A stretch of 62,935 bases of DNA, the filler included, from Reticulomyxa filosa (lineage: Eukaryota; Protista; Foraminifera): assembly GCA_000512085.1 (NCBI GenBank). It is 21 parts of 21 records of this genome, joined end to end, with 100 filler letters (N's around TTAATTAATTAA, not from the genome) between each part and the next. Parts side by side here need not be neighbours in the genome. Positions count along the whole stretch, not along the records: positions 25,292 to 27,913 come from ASPP01013994.1; positions 28,014 to 29,059 come from ASPP01000489.1; positions 29,160 to 30,718 come from ASPP01011511.1; positions 30,819 to 32,117 come from ASPP01028925.1; positions 32,218 to 35,630 come from ASPP01025425.1; positions 35,731 to 41,588 come from ASPP01008699.1; 15 more parts are not named here. The stretch is one strand, 5' to 3'. Shown here one piece after another: positions 25,455-39,031 of the stretch (positions are counted from its first letter, which is position 1; each line of letters opens with the position of its first letter). The notes under the pieces are model-generated. The model worked only from the letters and a program-made list of their open reading frames with translations. It ran no database searches and was not told where the DNA came from. Position numbers and translations under genes: made by a program.

Positions 25455-26580
25455 AGACCGAAGGACATCTTGTTGAAGATTAGTGCCTCCAGTGACGCAT
25501 GCGACATTTAAGTTTAAATGACGTCCAATATCCATGACCACCTTGGACGTTTGCAATGCCAACTCACGAGTGGGAACTAGAATGACAGCTTGCGTATATT
25601 TCTTGCTGCTTTCAACTCTTTGCAATACGGGGATAGTGTACGCACCGGTCTTGCCCGTCCCATTTTTGGCACGGGCAAGTATGCATTGTTTTGACAATAC
25701 CGACGGAATAGCTGCTTCCTTCATTGTCACATATAAAATCGCGGGAATGTAAGGGAACGAAGATTACAATTCGAGAGAGAGAGAGAGAAAGAAGAATGGG
25801 GTGAAGGGAAAAAAAAAGAAAGGAAGGGAGAGATTAATTTAAAAAAAATAAAAATAAAAACTTGGATCGGTGATGGTTTATCAAATCCCGATTCTAAAAT
25901 GCCACGAAGCAACTCTTTTTTCAATGTAAACTCATCAAACAATGACCCTTTTGTGTTGGTCACATCTTCTGTTTTTTGTCGTTTGTCCTTTTCCGGTTGT
26001 TTGATGTAGTCTTTCCAATTCTTGTCACTGTAATCAAAATCGTCTCTTTTTTTCTTTCTTTCTTGTTGTGTCACGTTTTTGTTCGTAGTCCATGCCGTTC
26101 TTCCACTGTTATTGTTACTGTAGCCACGATTGCCTCCTCCTGCTGCTGCGTCATACTGATAATATCTGCCACCCGTTCCTTGATTTCGATTTTGTCGGTC
26201 ATATGAACGCTTCTTATTTTTTTTTTTTTTTTTTTAAATACATTCCAAATCCCCCCCCCCAAAAAAAAAAATTTTCAAACTTTTCCCCCCTTATCTTTTT
26301 ATAGGTCTTTAACAATTTATTAAAAAAAAAAGGGGGCAGAGTTATTAAAAAAAAAAAAACAACAACATACGTGCTGTTGATAGCCACCTGTTCTTTGCTG
26401 TTACTCCATTTACAATTACAATACAAACAAACTTTTTTTTTTATCTTTCTCCCTCCTTTAAGTTTACTATTAATCTCAGACCCCTACCACATTCTTCACA
26501 TAGTAACATTCGATGGTCACGTATACACAAACATCTTCATCATACCTGACCATACACTCCATATCCTTGACTGTACTATG
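25455..26580 (-). CDS. DDX6: DEAD-box RNA helicase DDX6/Dhh1, N-terminal part, multi-exon
   Basis: [19 protein letters not shown] (Q motif), [24 protein letters not shown] and GGTNL are typical of DDX6/Dhh1. Confidence 0.9.
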
Positions 26581-27198
26581 CTCAAGATCACAACATAAAA
26601 CAAAAACCATTTTTTTTAATTTTTCACTTTATCCCAGGTCTTTGCTTTTTTTTATTCACTGCTTTGGCTTGAATTTGTTTTGGTTGGGTAGCTCAAAAAA
26701 AAATGATGGGAAATAAAAAGATACATGCCCCACAGTTTTTTTTTCCTCTTACCCCTTGATCATAGTACTGAAATTGGCGTGACATTTCGTTCAAACTCCA
26801 AAATCCTCAGATCACACAAAGAAATTCTATAAGAGTTTTAAAAGTGGGGAAAAAACCTCAGCGCTTTGCTTGACCCTTTTGACTCTTGAGGACAGCGCAA
26901 AAACCCTTGGAAGAGACAGAGATGGACTGCTTGCACTTGATATTTTTTAACTGTTGATACTTGCTTGATCTTACACCTTGTAAACTCTGTTTTGACTTTA
27001 ATTTATATTGGCACTTTCAAAAAGAAAAAATGAGCCTGATTATTTTTTGTATTATCCCCATGTTGACGTGATAATGCATTTCTTTTTGCTATTGATTGCC
27101 TCTCATCAGAAGTGATACCATTCAAACAAAAATATATTCAATTACAAAACTGTTATTCGTATTGCAAAAGTAAAAAAAAAACTTGTCATTTTCAATTT

Positions 27199-27843
27199 AT
27201 GGCGACGAATTTTTCATCGAGTCCAAATATCGGTCTACAACGTCTGACATTGTATTCTCTTGCATTAGGAATCGCCATGTTTGTTGGTTGGAAAACTTTG
27301 GCCCGTTATAATCGAGGCATTGTGTCGAAAGGAGCTTCTCTTGCACGAAAGCACCTCGTTCTGCATATGGATATAAACAAGACTATAGTGATGGCAGACA
27401 AAGTCCAAAATAAAAATTTGGAACTGATTGCCAATGATTTCCTCGCTGAGTCGTGTTGGGGTCGAGTGGTCCCAGTGAGTTCAATAAGCGAGAAAGACAA
27501 AATTCTGGTCAATCTAAACAACGAAACGTGGATCCCAGATCCGACATTATCCGTCACGCCTATTCGGCCAAACGAAACAGGTTTTGTTTTGTTTTTTTTT
27601 TTGAAAAGGGGGAGAGGGGGGGGGGGGGGGAGAAAGAAGATATAAATCAGATCAAATAAAAACAAATGACAAACTTAAAAGTGGTTTGTTACGCGGATTT
27701 TGTACGAGACCGACTTCCTTATCCCGGCCATGTGGATCAAGTAGTCAAGGAAAAGCGCAAGCACTATTTGCTGAGCTTTACACAAAAAGATCAGCCTGGA
27801 CATTGTTGGCAAAGGCAATTTGATCTTTTATATCGCAAAATGG
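27199..27843 (+). CDS. Membrane-anchored hypothetical protein with HAD-like motif I variant (fragment)
   Basis: TM segment followed by HLVLHMDINKTIVMAD; intron about 27582-27681. Confidence 0.5.
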
Positions 27844-27868
27844 TATGTCCATGATTTTTATGAGATGA

Positions 27869-27913
<45 letters not shown>

Positions 27914-28849
27914 NNNNNNNNNNNNNNNNNNNNNNNNNNNNNNNNNNNNNNNNNNNNTTAATTAATTAANNNNNNNNNNNNNNNNNNNNNNNNNNNNNNN
28001 NNNNNNNNNNNNNATATGAAGAGAATCGATTTTCTCCATGAAAAATAAAGATTTAAACATAATTTTTTTTAAAAAAAATATCTACGAATCGTGTAGTTTT
28101 TAAATATCATTTTGGTTTTTTAATAAGTCTTTCCAATTTTTTCAAAAATTTTATTCTTTCATTTGATTTGGTAAAATTTCTTAAAAAAAGTTGAGATCAA
28201 AATTATTTCATTGTTTTATATCTGTTATACATTTCATTCAAATTTAACTTATTTAAGTTGGAAGTTACACAAACTTTCTTTTAATTTTTCTCGTGTATCA
28301 ACATAAATTTGATTGCAATTTTTATGCTTTCAGAATAATTGTTTATTAAATTTATCATTGGTGTGAAGGTTTCCAATATTCATTGAGATTGAATTACTGA
28401 ATAGAGACATTCAAGTAATAAATTTTTTAGAAAAAAAAACTTTTCATTTGCAATCCATGCTTACGTTCGAAGTTATGATTTGCTTTCTTGTCTGATCTTT
28501 AAAAGTAATAATATGTTGACTTATACAGTCTGTCTTTCAGGAACATTACTTAAATTAAACTTTTGTATATAAAAAATTTATATTATTGATATTCCATCTG
28601 CAATGATTCACTATTGATTTGAATAAAGTTTTATAAGATCACAAACACATAATCTAATTCTTTCCAAAGTGTATTTTCATTTATTATTCTTTCAAATTCT
28701 TTAAAAAATACTGAATTAAGTTTTTTCAATTTTTTTAAACAACAAAGCAAAATAATAAAACACATCTTTCAATACTTGGATTTCAATCAAATCAAATAAA
28801 CTTAATATCAACTTACTTTTCTTTTAATCAAACTTTTCAAACAAAAATA

Positions 28850-29059
28850 CTTTCGTTTCTTGTTCGACAAAAAAAGAAATTATCTCCAAATACGAATGAG
28901 ACCTTTCCATGAACCATAACATAAATTCAAATCATATTTGAAATTCTTTGTCTCCTTTTTCTTTTTCAATGCAATAAATTTAAGACAAACTATTCCATTA
29001 TCTGCTTCCTCATCTCCTTTAATCACATACAATTGATCTTATTTGATCGAATATCCCAG
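28850..29059 (-). pseudogene. Decayed WD40-repeat gene relic
   Basis: Minus-strand fragments WDIRSNKI and GSWKGLIRIW among many stops in very AT-rich DNA. Confidence 0.5.
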
Positions 29060-29611
29060 NNNNNNNNNNNNNNNNNNNNNNNNNNNNNNNNNNNNNNNNN
29101 NNNTTAATTAATTAANNNNNNNNNNNNNNNNNNNNNNNNNNNNNNNNNNNNNNNNNNNNTTGTTGTTGTTGTGCTTTTAGATCAAATTCTTTCAATCAGA
29201 GTTCCTTCTGTCTTAATAATATTTATATGATTCGCCTTCCTTCTGTTTTTTTAACACTTCTAATAAATCAAACATGTTCATCAAGTAAACCATCACATAC
29301 TGACTAAAACATACAATTGATTGTAGACTGTGTGCAACCACAGCATCAGCCTCAAAAAAATTATATCTTCTTCTGCATGCAACAAGGTCACAATAGAGTT
29401 AAGAAAGAAGCTAAAATCGGCTCAAATAAAGACAGGATAAAGTTGAGTATCATTCAAAAAGATAATGCGTAATAAACGAAGTTAATTTACCGTTACGTTT
29501 TTGAGTAGGAAATTGAATTAAAGAAGCTTTTGTCGAAAATGGTGAAACGAAAGTGCTAAAAAAAAAAAATTAAAACTTGATAATTCTTAGTTGTATTTTT
29601 GACATCCCTAA

Positions 29612-30588
29612 ATGCCAACACCTTTGACAATTGTTAAAGCTCTTGATTGTGACGAGGCAGTTTTATGTTCCAAAGAAATTGAACAAAGCTTGATCTCAAA
29701 AGGAAATTCAGTACTTCAAAAAGGATTTAAAGATGTACGACGAATAAACGAACTTCAAAATGACATATTATTATTTATTGTATCTTCTTATTCCACTGGC
29801 TCGGAAGGTCGTGCAATTCGACGACTGTTAAACAAATTGAAGAAATATGATGGAACCGTAGCACTACAATTTGCTGTTTTAGGTAGAGTTTTTTGTGTTT
29901 GGTGCTCATTCTTTTTTTGTTTATTTGTTGTTTACCCGTCCCCTGTGTATCTTTCGAAAGTCTTCTAACGTATGGCCAATTACCAACCCTCTCCCCTTCT
30001 TGTAATTCAATATTATTACAGCATTGCCAGATGCGACAATAGAAGGAAACGAGTTGGATGAAGCACTTCAAGGTATTGGTGGCGCTCGGCTTTGTACATT
30101 CGCATGTGTGACCACTTCCGAAACTGCAAGTAAAGACAAGTATGTGAATTTGGCTTAGTCAGTCCAAAGAGAGGGAAAGGAACCACAAAAAAGATAATAA
30201 TCAATCAACATACACACATACACACACAAAAGCCACTTTTTGTAAGAGCGCTCAAACGGGGACAATACACGCTTAATTTTTTTTTTTTTTTTTTTTTGGA
30301 AAAAAAGAATGTTGCGCACAGTCGCAACATGTTTGTTTGCTCTGCGCTGTGTTGCTCTTGACACAAATGACAGCAACTCAATCATTTTCTGTGAGAGTTG
30401 AAGTTTGTTTGTTAAATTGAGAACTTTCCTTGTTGTTTACTATTGGTGTGTAAGCCAGAAATGGGCTGCTTTTTCCAAATGGGTTTATGGAAAAATTAAC
30501 GGAAGGGTATGAAAAAGTGATGGCGATGGAGCAACAAGAAACATCAAAAAAAAAGTCTATTCGTGTTGAAAGACATTTGGATGTTACG
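29612..30588 (+). CDS. Protein with a degenerate N-terminal flavodoxin-like domain (multi-exon fragment)
   Basis: LLFIVSSYSTGS..LQFAVL|ALPD..GNELDEALQGIGGARL follows the flavodoxin_1 beta/alpha pattern. Confidence 0.5.
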
Positions 30589-30679
30589 TGCCCACAAAAA
30601 AAAAAATTTTGTTTATTATTTTCATCATCAACAATAACTTTTTTATTTTTATTTTATTTTTAATGTGCAAGGTAGAAAT

Positions 30680-30718
<39 letters not shown>

Positions 30719-30818
30719 NNNNNNNNNNNNNNNNNNNNNNNNNNNNNNNNNNNNNNNNNNNNTTAATTAATTAANNNNNNNNNNNNNNNNNNNNNNNNNN
30801 NNNNNNNNNNNNNNNNNN

Positions 30819-31200
30819 CATATTGAACTGCCTTTGGCGCGTGCTCAAGAACAAAATCCACTTCTTCCAAACATTCGTACGCTGCTGACATCAGCTGATG
30901 ATATTTGTAATATGTCGGATATTTCGACATTTCTTTTTGTATTTCTCGAATTGCTATTTTGAATTTGCCGTTATGTAACAGCTCTTCCATTTTTGCTAGT
31001 TTTTCTATTATTTTATTTTATTTTGTTTTTTGGCTTGTTTTCTTGTTTTTAAACAAAAAGCAGTTGTGTCCCTCACAACTAATACACCTGAAGCATCTGG
31101 AGGCGCATGTTCTCTATCCACAAATCCTTCATCATTCGGGATTTCTTGTTTATCACCTTTTCCTTTTTTCTTGAAAAGGTTCATCCCCCTTTGCTTTATG
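30819..31200 (-). CDS. 5' fragment of a TPR-like protein
   Basis: GKFKIAIREIQKEMSKYPTYYKYHQLMSAAYECLEEVDFVLEHA fits one TPR-like unit. Confidence 0.4.
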
Positions 31201-31559
31201 ATGATGTCACTTAATCGACAAAAAAAAAAGGGGTTTGCTCACTTCCTGTTTCCTATCATAAACAAAACATCAGCAACACTAGAACAAATCGTACTGTATT
31301 GCAAATGGTCACAATTGTGAAAAATGCATTCCTGTATTTTTGTGATCACAGGTATTGTGAATGAGGAGTCCAAGTAAAATATTTGCTAAGAACAAACAAG
31401 GTTTCATTTTGTCTGTCCAAACTTATTCTGACTACTGCTCTCAACAAAGTAAAGTTCAGTCGGTAGGTCATTATGGCCAATCACTTGCAATTCTTACATA
31501 AGCTAATTTTTTGGGGGGACTACTGTAATTACTTGTTAGCTGAAATGAGTTCATTAATA

Positions 31560-32070
31560 GCTTTAACTCCTTTGCTTATTTCGCTCATGCAAAGTCAGTG
31601 CATTGTTCATAAACACGAAATCATAATTTGCAGTTGTTTTCTTGAAGAAGCTGTTATTCTTATCATATAGTGAAAAATCATTCTTATTCACATGCTTTAA
31701 CGCAATATACTTGTAATCGAATATTCCCTGGATAAGAACAAATGAATTTGTATTGATCCAAATGATATCACATTGTTGCCTTTTGGCGGATGTTTTAATC
31801 ATACATTAGTAATGAAATATTTGATTGTTTGTGATAATGAAAAAGAAAGTACAAATAGTAAAAATGTGAATAATAAATGGGCTAATTTGATAGATTAGAA
31901 AAACAATATACCAATTTGTATCAAAGAAAAAAAATATAATTACTGTGGATCGCGTGAGTAATTGGCGGGAAGCAATGATCATTTGCTATTCATTGTGCAT
32001 CTCTCAAAAAATATTTCTGTGTTTAATTTGAACACATTGAAATTTATCAATCATTGTATTCTGCCTAGCA
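31560..32070 (+). pseudogene. Decayed paralog of the Kelch-like gene at 35766-36953
   Basis: SQCIVHKHEIIIC matches AQCVVHDEELLIC; VIGG/SNDHLLFIVHLSKNISVFNLNTLKFINH matches VIGGSNNHLLFITHYPKDIAVFDLNTFQCINH; broken by stops and frameshifts. Confidence 0.85.
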
Positions 32071-32737
32071 TAGATTAAATACAGTATGTTGCAAAGAAAA
32101 CTGAACGCCTAAAACGANNNNNNNNNNNNNNNNNNNNNNNNNNNNNNNNNNNNNNNNNNNNTTAATTAATTAANNNNNNNNNNNNNNNNNNNNNNNNNNN
32201 NNNNNNNNNNNNNNNNNTTTTTTTTTTTTTTTTGTTTTAGTTCTTTTCGTTAGGAAGACCAAAAATTAACAAACTCTACCTTTTGTTCTTCATTTTGTAC
32301 TGTTGTGGTCATAGTTGCACGATGAAAATAAGTTCGAAGAAAAAAGTTTATTCACGACCCACAAAAAAAAAACTTTTTTTGAGTGCTTGCTTTTTTGTCC
32401 TTTGTAGAGTTTGCGTTCATTACTTTTTTTTTTTATATAAACACGCTTCTCATTTGTGTATGCACCCGCAAAACCGGACCATTCCCTCTTTGCAAGAATG
32501 AACATTATTTTTTTGAAATTGTGGAAAAAATTATGCAGAGATTACAATTTTTGTTGGAACATTAAATATTTTTGATTTCCCATGATTTGCAGATGTTGTT
32601 TACAAAAAAATTGAGAAAGACTGTTTCTTCACAAATAAAATTAATTTGATTACCGAAATTTTTTTTTACTGTCGTGTGTGCCACACAATTCAAATAATAT
32701 TTCTGCTGAAAGGTTACCAAACATTTCAACAATCAAG

Positions 32738-33791
32738 CTATGAGTTTCTAACAATTCTGCTCAATAAGTCTTCTGTCTTTTGACTGCAACAGCCAAAAAA
32801 GAATTGATATATTCTTTCTGCAAACGCGAAGCTGCTCAACATCATAATACCATTGAACACACGATCAACAAACATGACCACAGCAACTCCTTTGACCCCA
32901 ACGATCACGATAGCCAAAAGGTTAGAAATAATACTAGTCAAAGCAATAATCCCACATTTTCTGACATATACAAGCATCTGCATTGTTTCTCTTGAAACTT
33001 CACGATCTGCAGAATTCCTGTGAATCTGAACAATATCAAGTTCTTCATTTTTATGTACCGCACGTGCAGTACTGATCATTCTTGTAATATACATGTATCC
33101 GATAACAATATTCAATCCAGCTGTTAATGCTAACCCAAGAATGGCATTAATCACAAATGACTTTCTACTTAGCTTGCATATCGAATAAGGACGCTCCCTA
33201 TTCATTTTGCGGACTGAAGGAGATAGTAAATCAAAATCAGTACTTCGAAAGTGTTGCACGCATCTAGACTCTTTTGACAACCAAGAATCTAATCCTGCAA
33301 TAAGGATAGCTCCTACTGTCACCATTGCATATAATCCCCAAAGATGATATTTTGAAATGCCATACAATGATTTTTCAAATACTAACACTAATATTTTTCC
33401 AACAACACAAAAAAAAAAAACACCAAGTGCTCTGTTTCGCAAGATGGAGGGGATAACAAACCTAGTCTTTTTAACCAAAAAAAATGCTAGTGAGAGCTAT
33501 TAATTCTATTTGCACAGCAAGAAAAACAAATAGCGCTTGACAAGATGAAATAGACTCTTCCCACCAATTTTGTCCTGAACCAACAAACAATATCAATTGC
33601 CCACAAAGTGCTAGCCATACCATTACGTGATAGAATAAACATATAATCGGCAGGCTTTGGCGTAGTTTCCGCCAGTGATAAAAACTGTAAGCACAAAAAA
33701 ATGATTCCATCACCAACAAGAGACCTGTAATAATTACAAATGTCCCTAAAGGGCGATCTGCCGCTCGTTCCTCTTTACAATCTTTCGACAT
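32738..33791 (-). CDS. Seven-transmembrane (GPCR-like) protein; homopolymer frameshift at 33477-33484 and likely intron about 33390-33461
   Basis: About seven hydrophobic segments across ORFs 33471-33791 and 32738-33478; Cys before TM3 and in the next extracellular loop; C-terminal FFGCC. Confidence 0.65.
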
Positions 33792-34279
33792 GAAATCAAA
33801 TAAAAAGGGTCAAAAAATAGAGAAAGATTGTCCGTAAAAAGGGCTTGTACTCCAGATCTGTCCAAACAATATCACTCGGAGTTTAGAGATAACAATAGTG
33901 AAAATTTTGGAAACTCAATGTATTCAGTTTTTGCTTAGTAATTGATGTCATTAACATACAACAGAAAAAGTACTAAATACAAATATAGTAATTGAAAAAA
34001 CTGGCATACCTAAATACCGTCTCTATGAAGAAAATCAATTCTCTACATGAAAATAAACATTCGAATATAATTTTTTAAAATATCTATGAGTATTGTAGTA
34101 TTTAAATGTGAAATTAGCTTAAAAAACTATATTATCGTTGTCTTCAATAATAACAAAACTAGTTTAGTGTAGATAACTTAAATCATTATTGATTCTAACA
34201 AATAATTTTCCAAGAACACGTACAACAGAACATTAAATTAAGAATGAAAAATAGCACAAATATGATTCATTAAAGGACA

Positions 34280-35010
34280 AATTATCAATTCATTCAACAA
34301 CAATACTGAATGTAGAAAGAAATAACAACTGGACATTAATGAAAATATAGTAGAATAAAAAAGAAAGTTGACACATAAAATGGCACTTTATGTGGATGAT
34401 TAATTTTCTAAATGAAAAAATAACATTAAATCAAAAGTTTTTTTTAAATATGATTTTGGTTTTTTATTTTATCTTTCGAAATTTTTTGAAAAAATTGTAA
34501 TGTTTATTTGATTTTTTGAAATTTTCGAGAAAAATTTGACAATAGTCATGAAATTGCCAATTATTTTTTAAGCATTTTCACCATTAAACGATGAAAAATG
34601 ACTTGTTATTTTTGATATCCCAAAATTAAATTGTTTCGTCATATAACGAACAACAAAATACAGTTTGATAATAATTATATTAATAATAATGTGAACATTC
34701 TGCACAGTATACATAACTGGAATGTCCATTAAATGTTTGAGTTTGTCTAGTATTATCTAAATCCTATGTACAACTATGTTTTCATCTAGTCCAAAACAAA
34801 GATATTTACGATTATCAAATGGTGAAAAATCGATATCATACTTGGTGTGCAAACTAAATGTCTTAAGTAATTTAAAGAATACAACAATCTAACATTTAAA
34901 TATTTAATAATTTTTTTGAATTTTTATTGCACTAGCTTTGTTTTTCTTGATTTGAATATTTCCTTTTGTTGTTCAATTTAATTATTGTTTAATTCAATAT
35001 CTTCCAGTTA
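34280..35010 (-). pseudogene. Decayed WD40-repeat gene
   Basis: Minus strand DIDFSPFDNRKYLCFGLDENIV..DLDNTRQTQTFNGHSSYVYCAE and further FWDI..NK..FNGE fragments, with stops. Confidence 0.75.
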
Positions 35011-35730
35011 TTTTATCTCTAACTAAGATAATTATTCTCTTATTTTCAGTGTTTGTACCGAAAACAAACAAAAACTACAAACGCTAAATGATTTGAAAAC
35101 AGTTGTTTGCTCACGTTAAAAAAAACACTCCAATTTTCTTCTTGAAAAAAAACCCACACCATTTAACAAAAATTTCTTTTTCCGTCAGGAATGTTAAGTA
35201 TTTGATAAATTCTATCTTAAAAATTGAAAATATGTATTCCGAAAGGTTGTGGCCACGATAAAACATTTGTTATACCTTACCACGGTGATAATGGATGATA
35301 TTTTCGCAGTTTTTTTACTTGATGAATGCGTCCGTGGAGATATTTGAAGGTACTATAGTTTGCTTTGGAGAATTAACTCTTATTTTGCCGGTTCTTTTTA
35401 ATACTATCACATTGGCCCATCACTTTATTAGGTTGTTGTGAAGTAGTTGTGCAGAAATAATCAAAATTTCGGATAAATCAGATTTTCTTTGTTCATAGAA
35501 AGTAAAAATTTGTTTTACAACGTTATTTAAAAAATCATTGTGAGAAAAAGTTTTTCTCACTCAAGTTGCATTATTATTGAAACAACAAACTATTTAAATT
35601 GTGGAAGATGGTTTTTGGAAAGTATAAAGCNNNNNNNNNNNNNNNNNNNNNNNNNNNNNNNNNNNNNNNNNNNNTTAATTAATTAANNNNNNNNNNNNNN
35701 NNNNNNNNNNNNNNNNNNNNNNNNNNNNNN

Positions 35731-35765
<35 letters not shown>

Positions 35766-35768
<3 letters not shown>

Positions 35769-36953
35769 AACTTTTTGTAATGTCGCTAATATATGACTCT
35801 GTTCCATTGCCTTCATTTTTTCTATTTCACATTTTTCCTCTTCTTGCGCAATCCATTCTCTTTCTATTGCGGTTTCTTCTTTCGTCCATTCCTTTGCATC
35901 CACTCGCATATGCATTGCAATGCTTTCACACCCATTGTGTCCCCCAAGAATATGAACGGACATATTGTTGTCACTTAGCTGTCCGACACACTCGCTCAAT
36001 GAAAGCGGGAGTTTGTGTTCGCATTTCACCCATCTGTGTCCGCTCAGCACGTATTTGTGTACCAAATTTGAGTAGGTGACCCCATCGACACCACATCCAC
36101 CAAACAACAGAATGACATCATTGATGCATACATAAGCATAAAAGCTGAAAGGTCGAATGGTCGAACAGACATATAATTTCTGAAATCCAAATGTATTATT
36201 GAGTTCATCATATGTAATTGCCAATCCTGTATTCCTACAAAATAATGTCATTTCCATCACATTGCTATTTCCATGCTTGTCCATTGCTGATAATTCATTC
36301 TTTGTGTTCGCCACGAAACAATGATACCATATCCAACAGTCATCGCAAATTGGCAAAGATTGGTGATTGATACATTGAAATGTATTCAAATCAAACACTG
36401 CGATATCCTTTGGATAATGCGTGATAAACAATAAGTGATTGTTACTCCCACCAATCACTGCCCGTGCTCCGCTATAATTATCTCGACTGCTGCCAATTAA
36501 AATTGGATCGTTGTTATTTTCGGTCAAACAAACCCATTTATTCCAAGCCTTTGTCTTGTCACATGCACTTGCGTCTTTCTCTTCTTCCCCATTCCAAACA
36601 CTTTTGTATCTCATCACCAATGTGTGCTTGTGTAATCCCCCAAAAGACAATAACGTGATCGCTCTTGAATTGTTGATATCCACTCGCTTCACCACGCAAT
36701 GTCCTATCAACTCAATCTCTTTCGGATAACAACAGATATATTTGTATCGCTTTCTATGGAGATGATAGGAATAGCATTGATTTGTACGATAACCTCCACA
36801 AATCAGAAGTTCCTCGTCATGGACTACACATTGGGCAAGTGAAAACCCAACTGGCAAAGAACTCAACAATTCAAATCTTGTTGTTTGACCAGTTAGTGAA
36901 CAGCTCTTTGATTTCACACCAAGAGAGTTATATTCCACTCCTTGATTTTGCAT
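35766..36953 (-). CDS. Kelch-like beta-propeller protein
   Basis: 395-aa ORF with repeated LLICGG, LLSFGG, AVIGG, ILLFGG and VHILGG blades with spaced Y/W. Confidence 0.85.
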
Positions 36954-37657
36954 GTTCTTATTAGTGAATGGAATGCTCGCAAAAATCTGAGAGTTTTTTT
37001 AGGAAAGAGTGAGCTTCCGTCGAAAGGGTTTTACAAAACGTTGTGTTGCTCACGATTGTGTAACCAGAAAAGAAATATTGAAATTGAAGAGCATGCTAAC
37101 AAAAATTTAAAGAAGTGCTCACAAGAAAACAATTACCAGATAAAATGTTTTAAGTGCTGAGTTTTCTGGGTCTAGTTGCTTCCTTTGGTACTTCAAAAGC
37201 AAAGAAAGTATGCTTTGGCACTGCTGTTAGTGGAATTATGTATTTGTTTAACATTATCCCAAATTGATCAATTTGTAATCTTTATGAATTTGTAGTCGAA
37301 TCAAAGGCCCAAAGAACTTTTCTTTTTTGGAGCTGGATAGATTTTTTTCCTTTTTTTTTTGTAAAGAAAAAAGCATGTAAAAATGACCAGCGTCAAAGTT
37401 GTAGCGAATTTAATTTAGGAAAAGATGTCTACTCGCCAAGTATTAAAAAGATACCAGAACTGACATTCTGAAGATGATTTTAACACAAATAATTTTTCAA
37501 ACAAAGCAAATAATGAACTTTAGGAATACTATTTTCATCTTTTCCAAAGCAAGCAAATAAACAATAAGGGAGAGAAGTGCTCAGCGAAACAACGTTGGCA
37601 GTGTATGTACACAAAAAAAAAAGTTGAATTTGGGAAAAAGAACAATCAAAATAATTT

Positions 37658-38690
37658 TTAATTATAAAAAATCTGATCACATTTTTGGTCGAACCAGGGT
37701 TCAAGCAACAAAGAGAAGAAAAGTGGAACAAATAACATCATAGCATTATCATCAATAAAGGTAAGTTTCGGATATTCCGCGGCCACTGCGATCGGCGGGA
37801 GTATGAACATCAACCAAAAAGGTGTGCCACACCAAAGGAATGAGATTAAGTAAATGAGCATCAACACAAGAATGGCAATGCCACTCCTGAGTTTCAAGCC
37901 CACGCCCATGCGTTTCAATTCACCGATCAGAGGGTCCCCAAACCCTAAGCCCCTTTTTTTTTTTTAATACCAAAAAAAATTGAAGTAATTAATTAATTGA
38001 TTGTACGTATACAATGCATGTATATATGTAAGAGGGTCCCTTTTGCGTTACTCCCCTCCCCTTTTTTTTTTTTTTTAATTAAAGAAAACTCAACCAAATA
38101 ATAGGCAATGCAATTTGCGCGTAGCATGCATAGGTTTGGTCCTTGGAGTGACCATGGGCCGACGAAGGGTCTGTGAAAATAGGACGTATGCTGAACACTC
38201 TTGGATAGGCCAATAGCAGGACGATACAGGTGGCAATCGTGCCCCACGCTTGGGCACAGACCTGGTCTCTTTCGTACTCCCTTTGTCCGAATATAATCAG
38301 CCTATATCGTATTCGGATCGCCTCCAACACGATTTGCACCAGTATCACTATTGACAATGCCTTGCTTACACTTATACCAATGCTGTCGCAGAGGCGATGG
38401 AAATACCAAAAAAATATCCAAGGGATCAATGCAAACATGGTCACGTGATATACACGACGTGCGATGTGGCCTTTGAATCCACCTTTCTATATACATATAT
38501 GCATATGTTTATATGTATATGTGTATATGATCACATCCACATTTTTTTTCAAACATATTCGTTTACATAGTTGTGCGAAGCAACCAATGGCTCGTCTTCT
38601 TTACTCTTGGTTGCTCTTGCTGACCCCTCCTTGTCTGTGTTCATTCCTGACGAATGCCTTTGCTCCCTTGCCGCCGCAGCTTCGTCACCG
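37658..38690 (-). CDS. Dolichol/phytol kinase-like (CTP-dependent lipid kinase superfamily) membrane protein, multi-exon
   Basis: RRVYHV..LEAIRI..QREYE, GFGDPLIGELK and AEYPK..IDDNAMM match the RK.fH / GD..A / DDN motifs of this superfamily. Confidence 0.65.
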
Positions 38691-39031
38691 TAACTCTTCT
38701 GCTGAGATTTCATTCTCTGATTATGTCGCCCAAAATCACTATCAAGAACATGCGGAGAAATGAATTTAAAAACATGTTGTTCCCCCTTTTTTTTAGTCTT
38801 ACGGTCTTTTTCTCTCCTCTCTGTTCTTGTTTGGCCGTGTCCAAAATATTGGTAAGTGTTGTTTTATCAAAATTTTCAAATTTACGCATATTTACACTAA
38901 GGACATAAACCCACTTTATCTTACTTCTTCTCAGTTCTTTCATATCATTCGTTACGTATAGCATATTGTTAAAAACTGTGTGCACTTGAAAAGAAAAATC
39001 CATAATTTTTGTAAGCGGATGCGCTTGAAAA

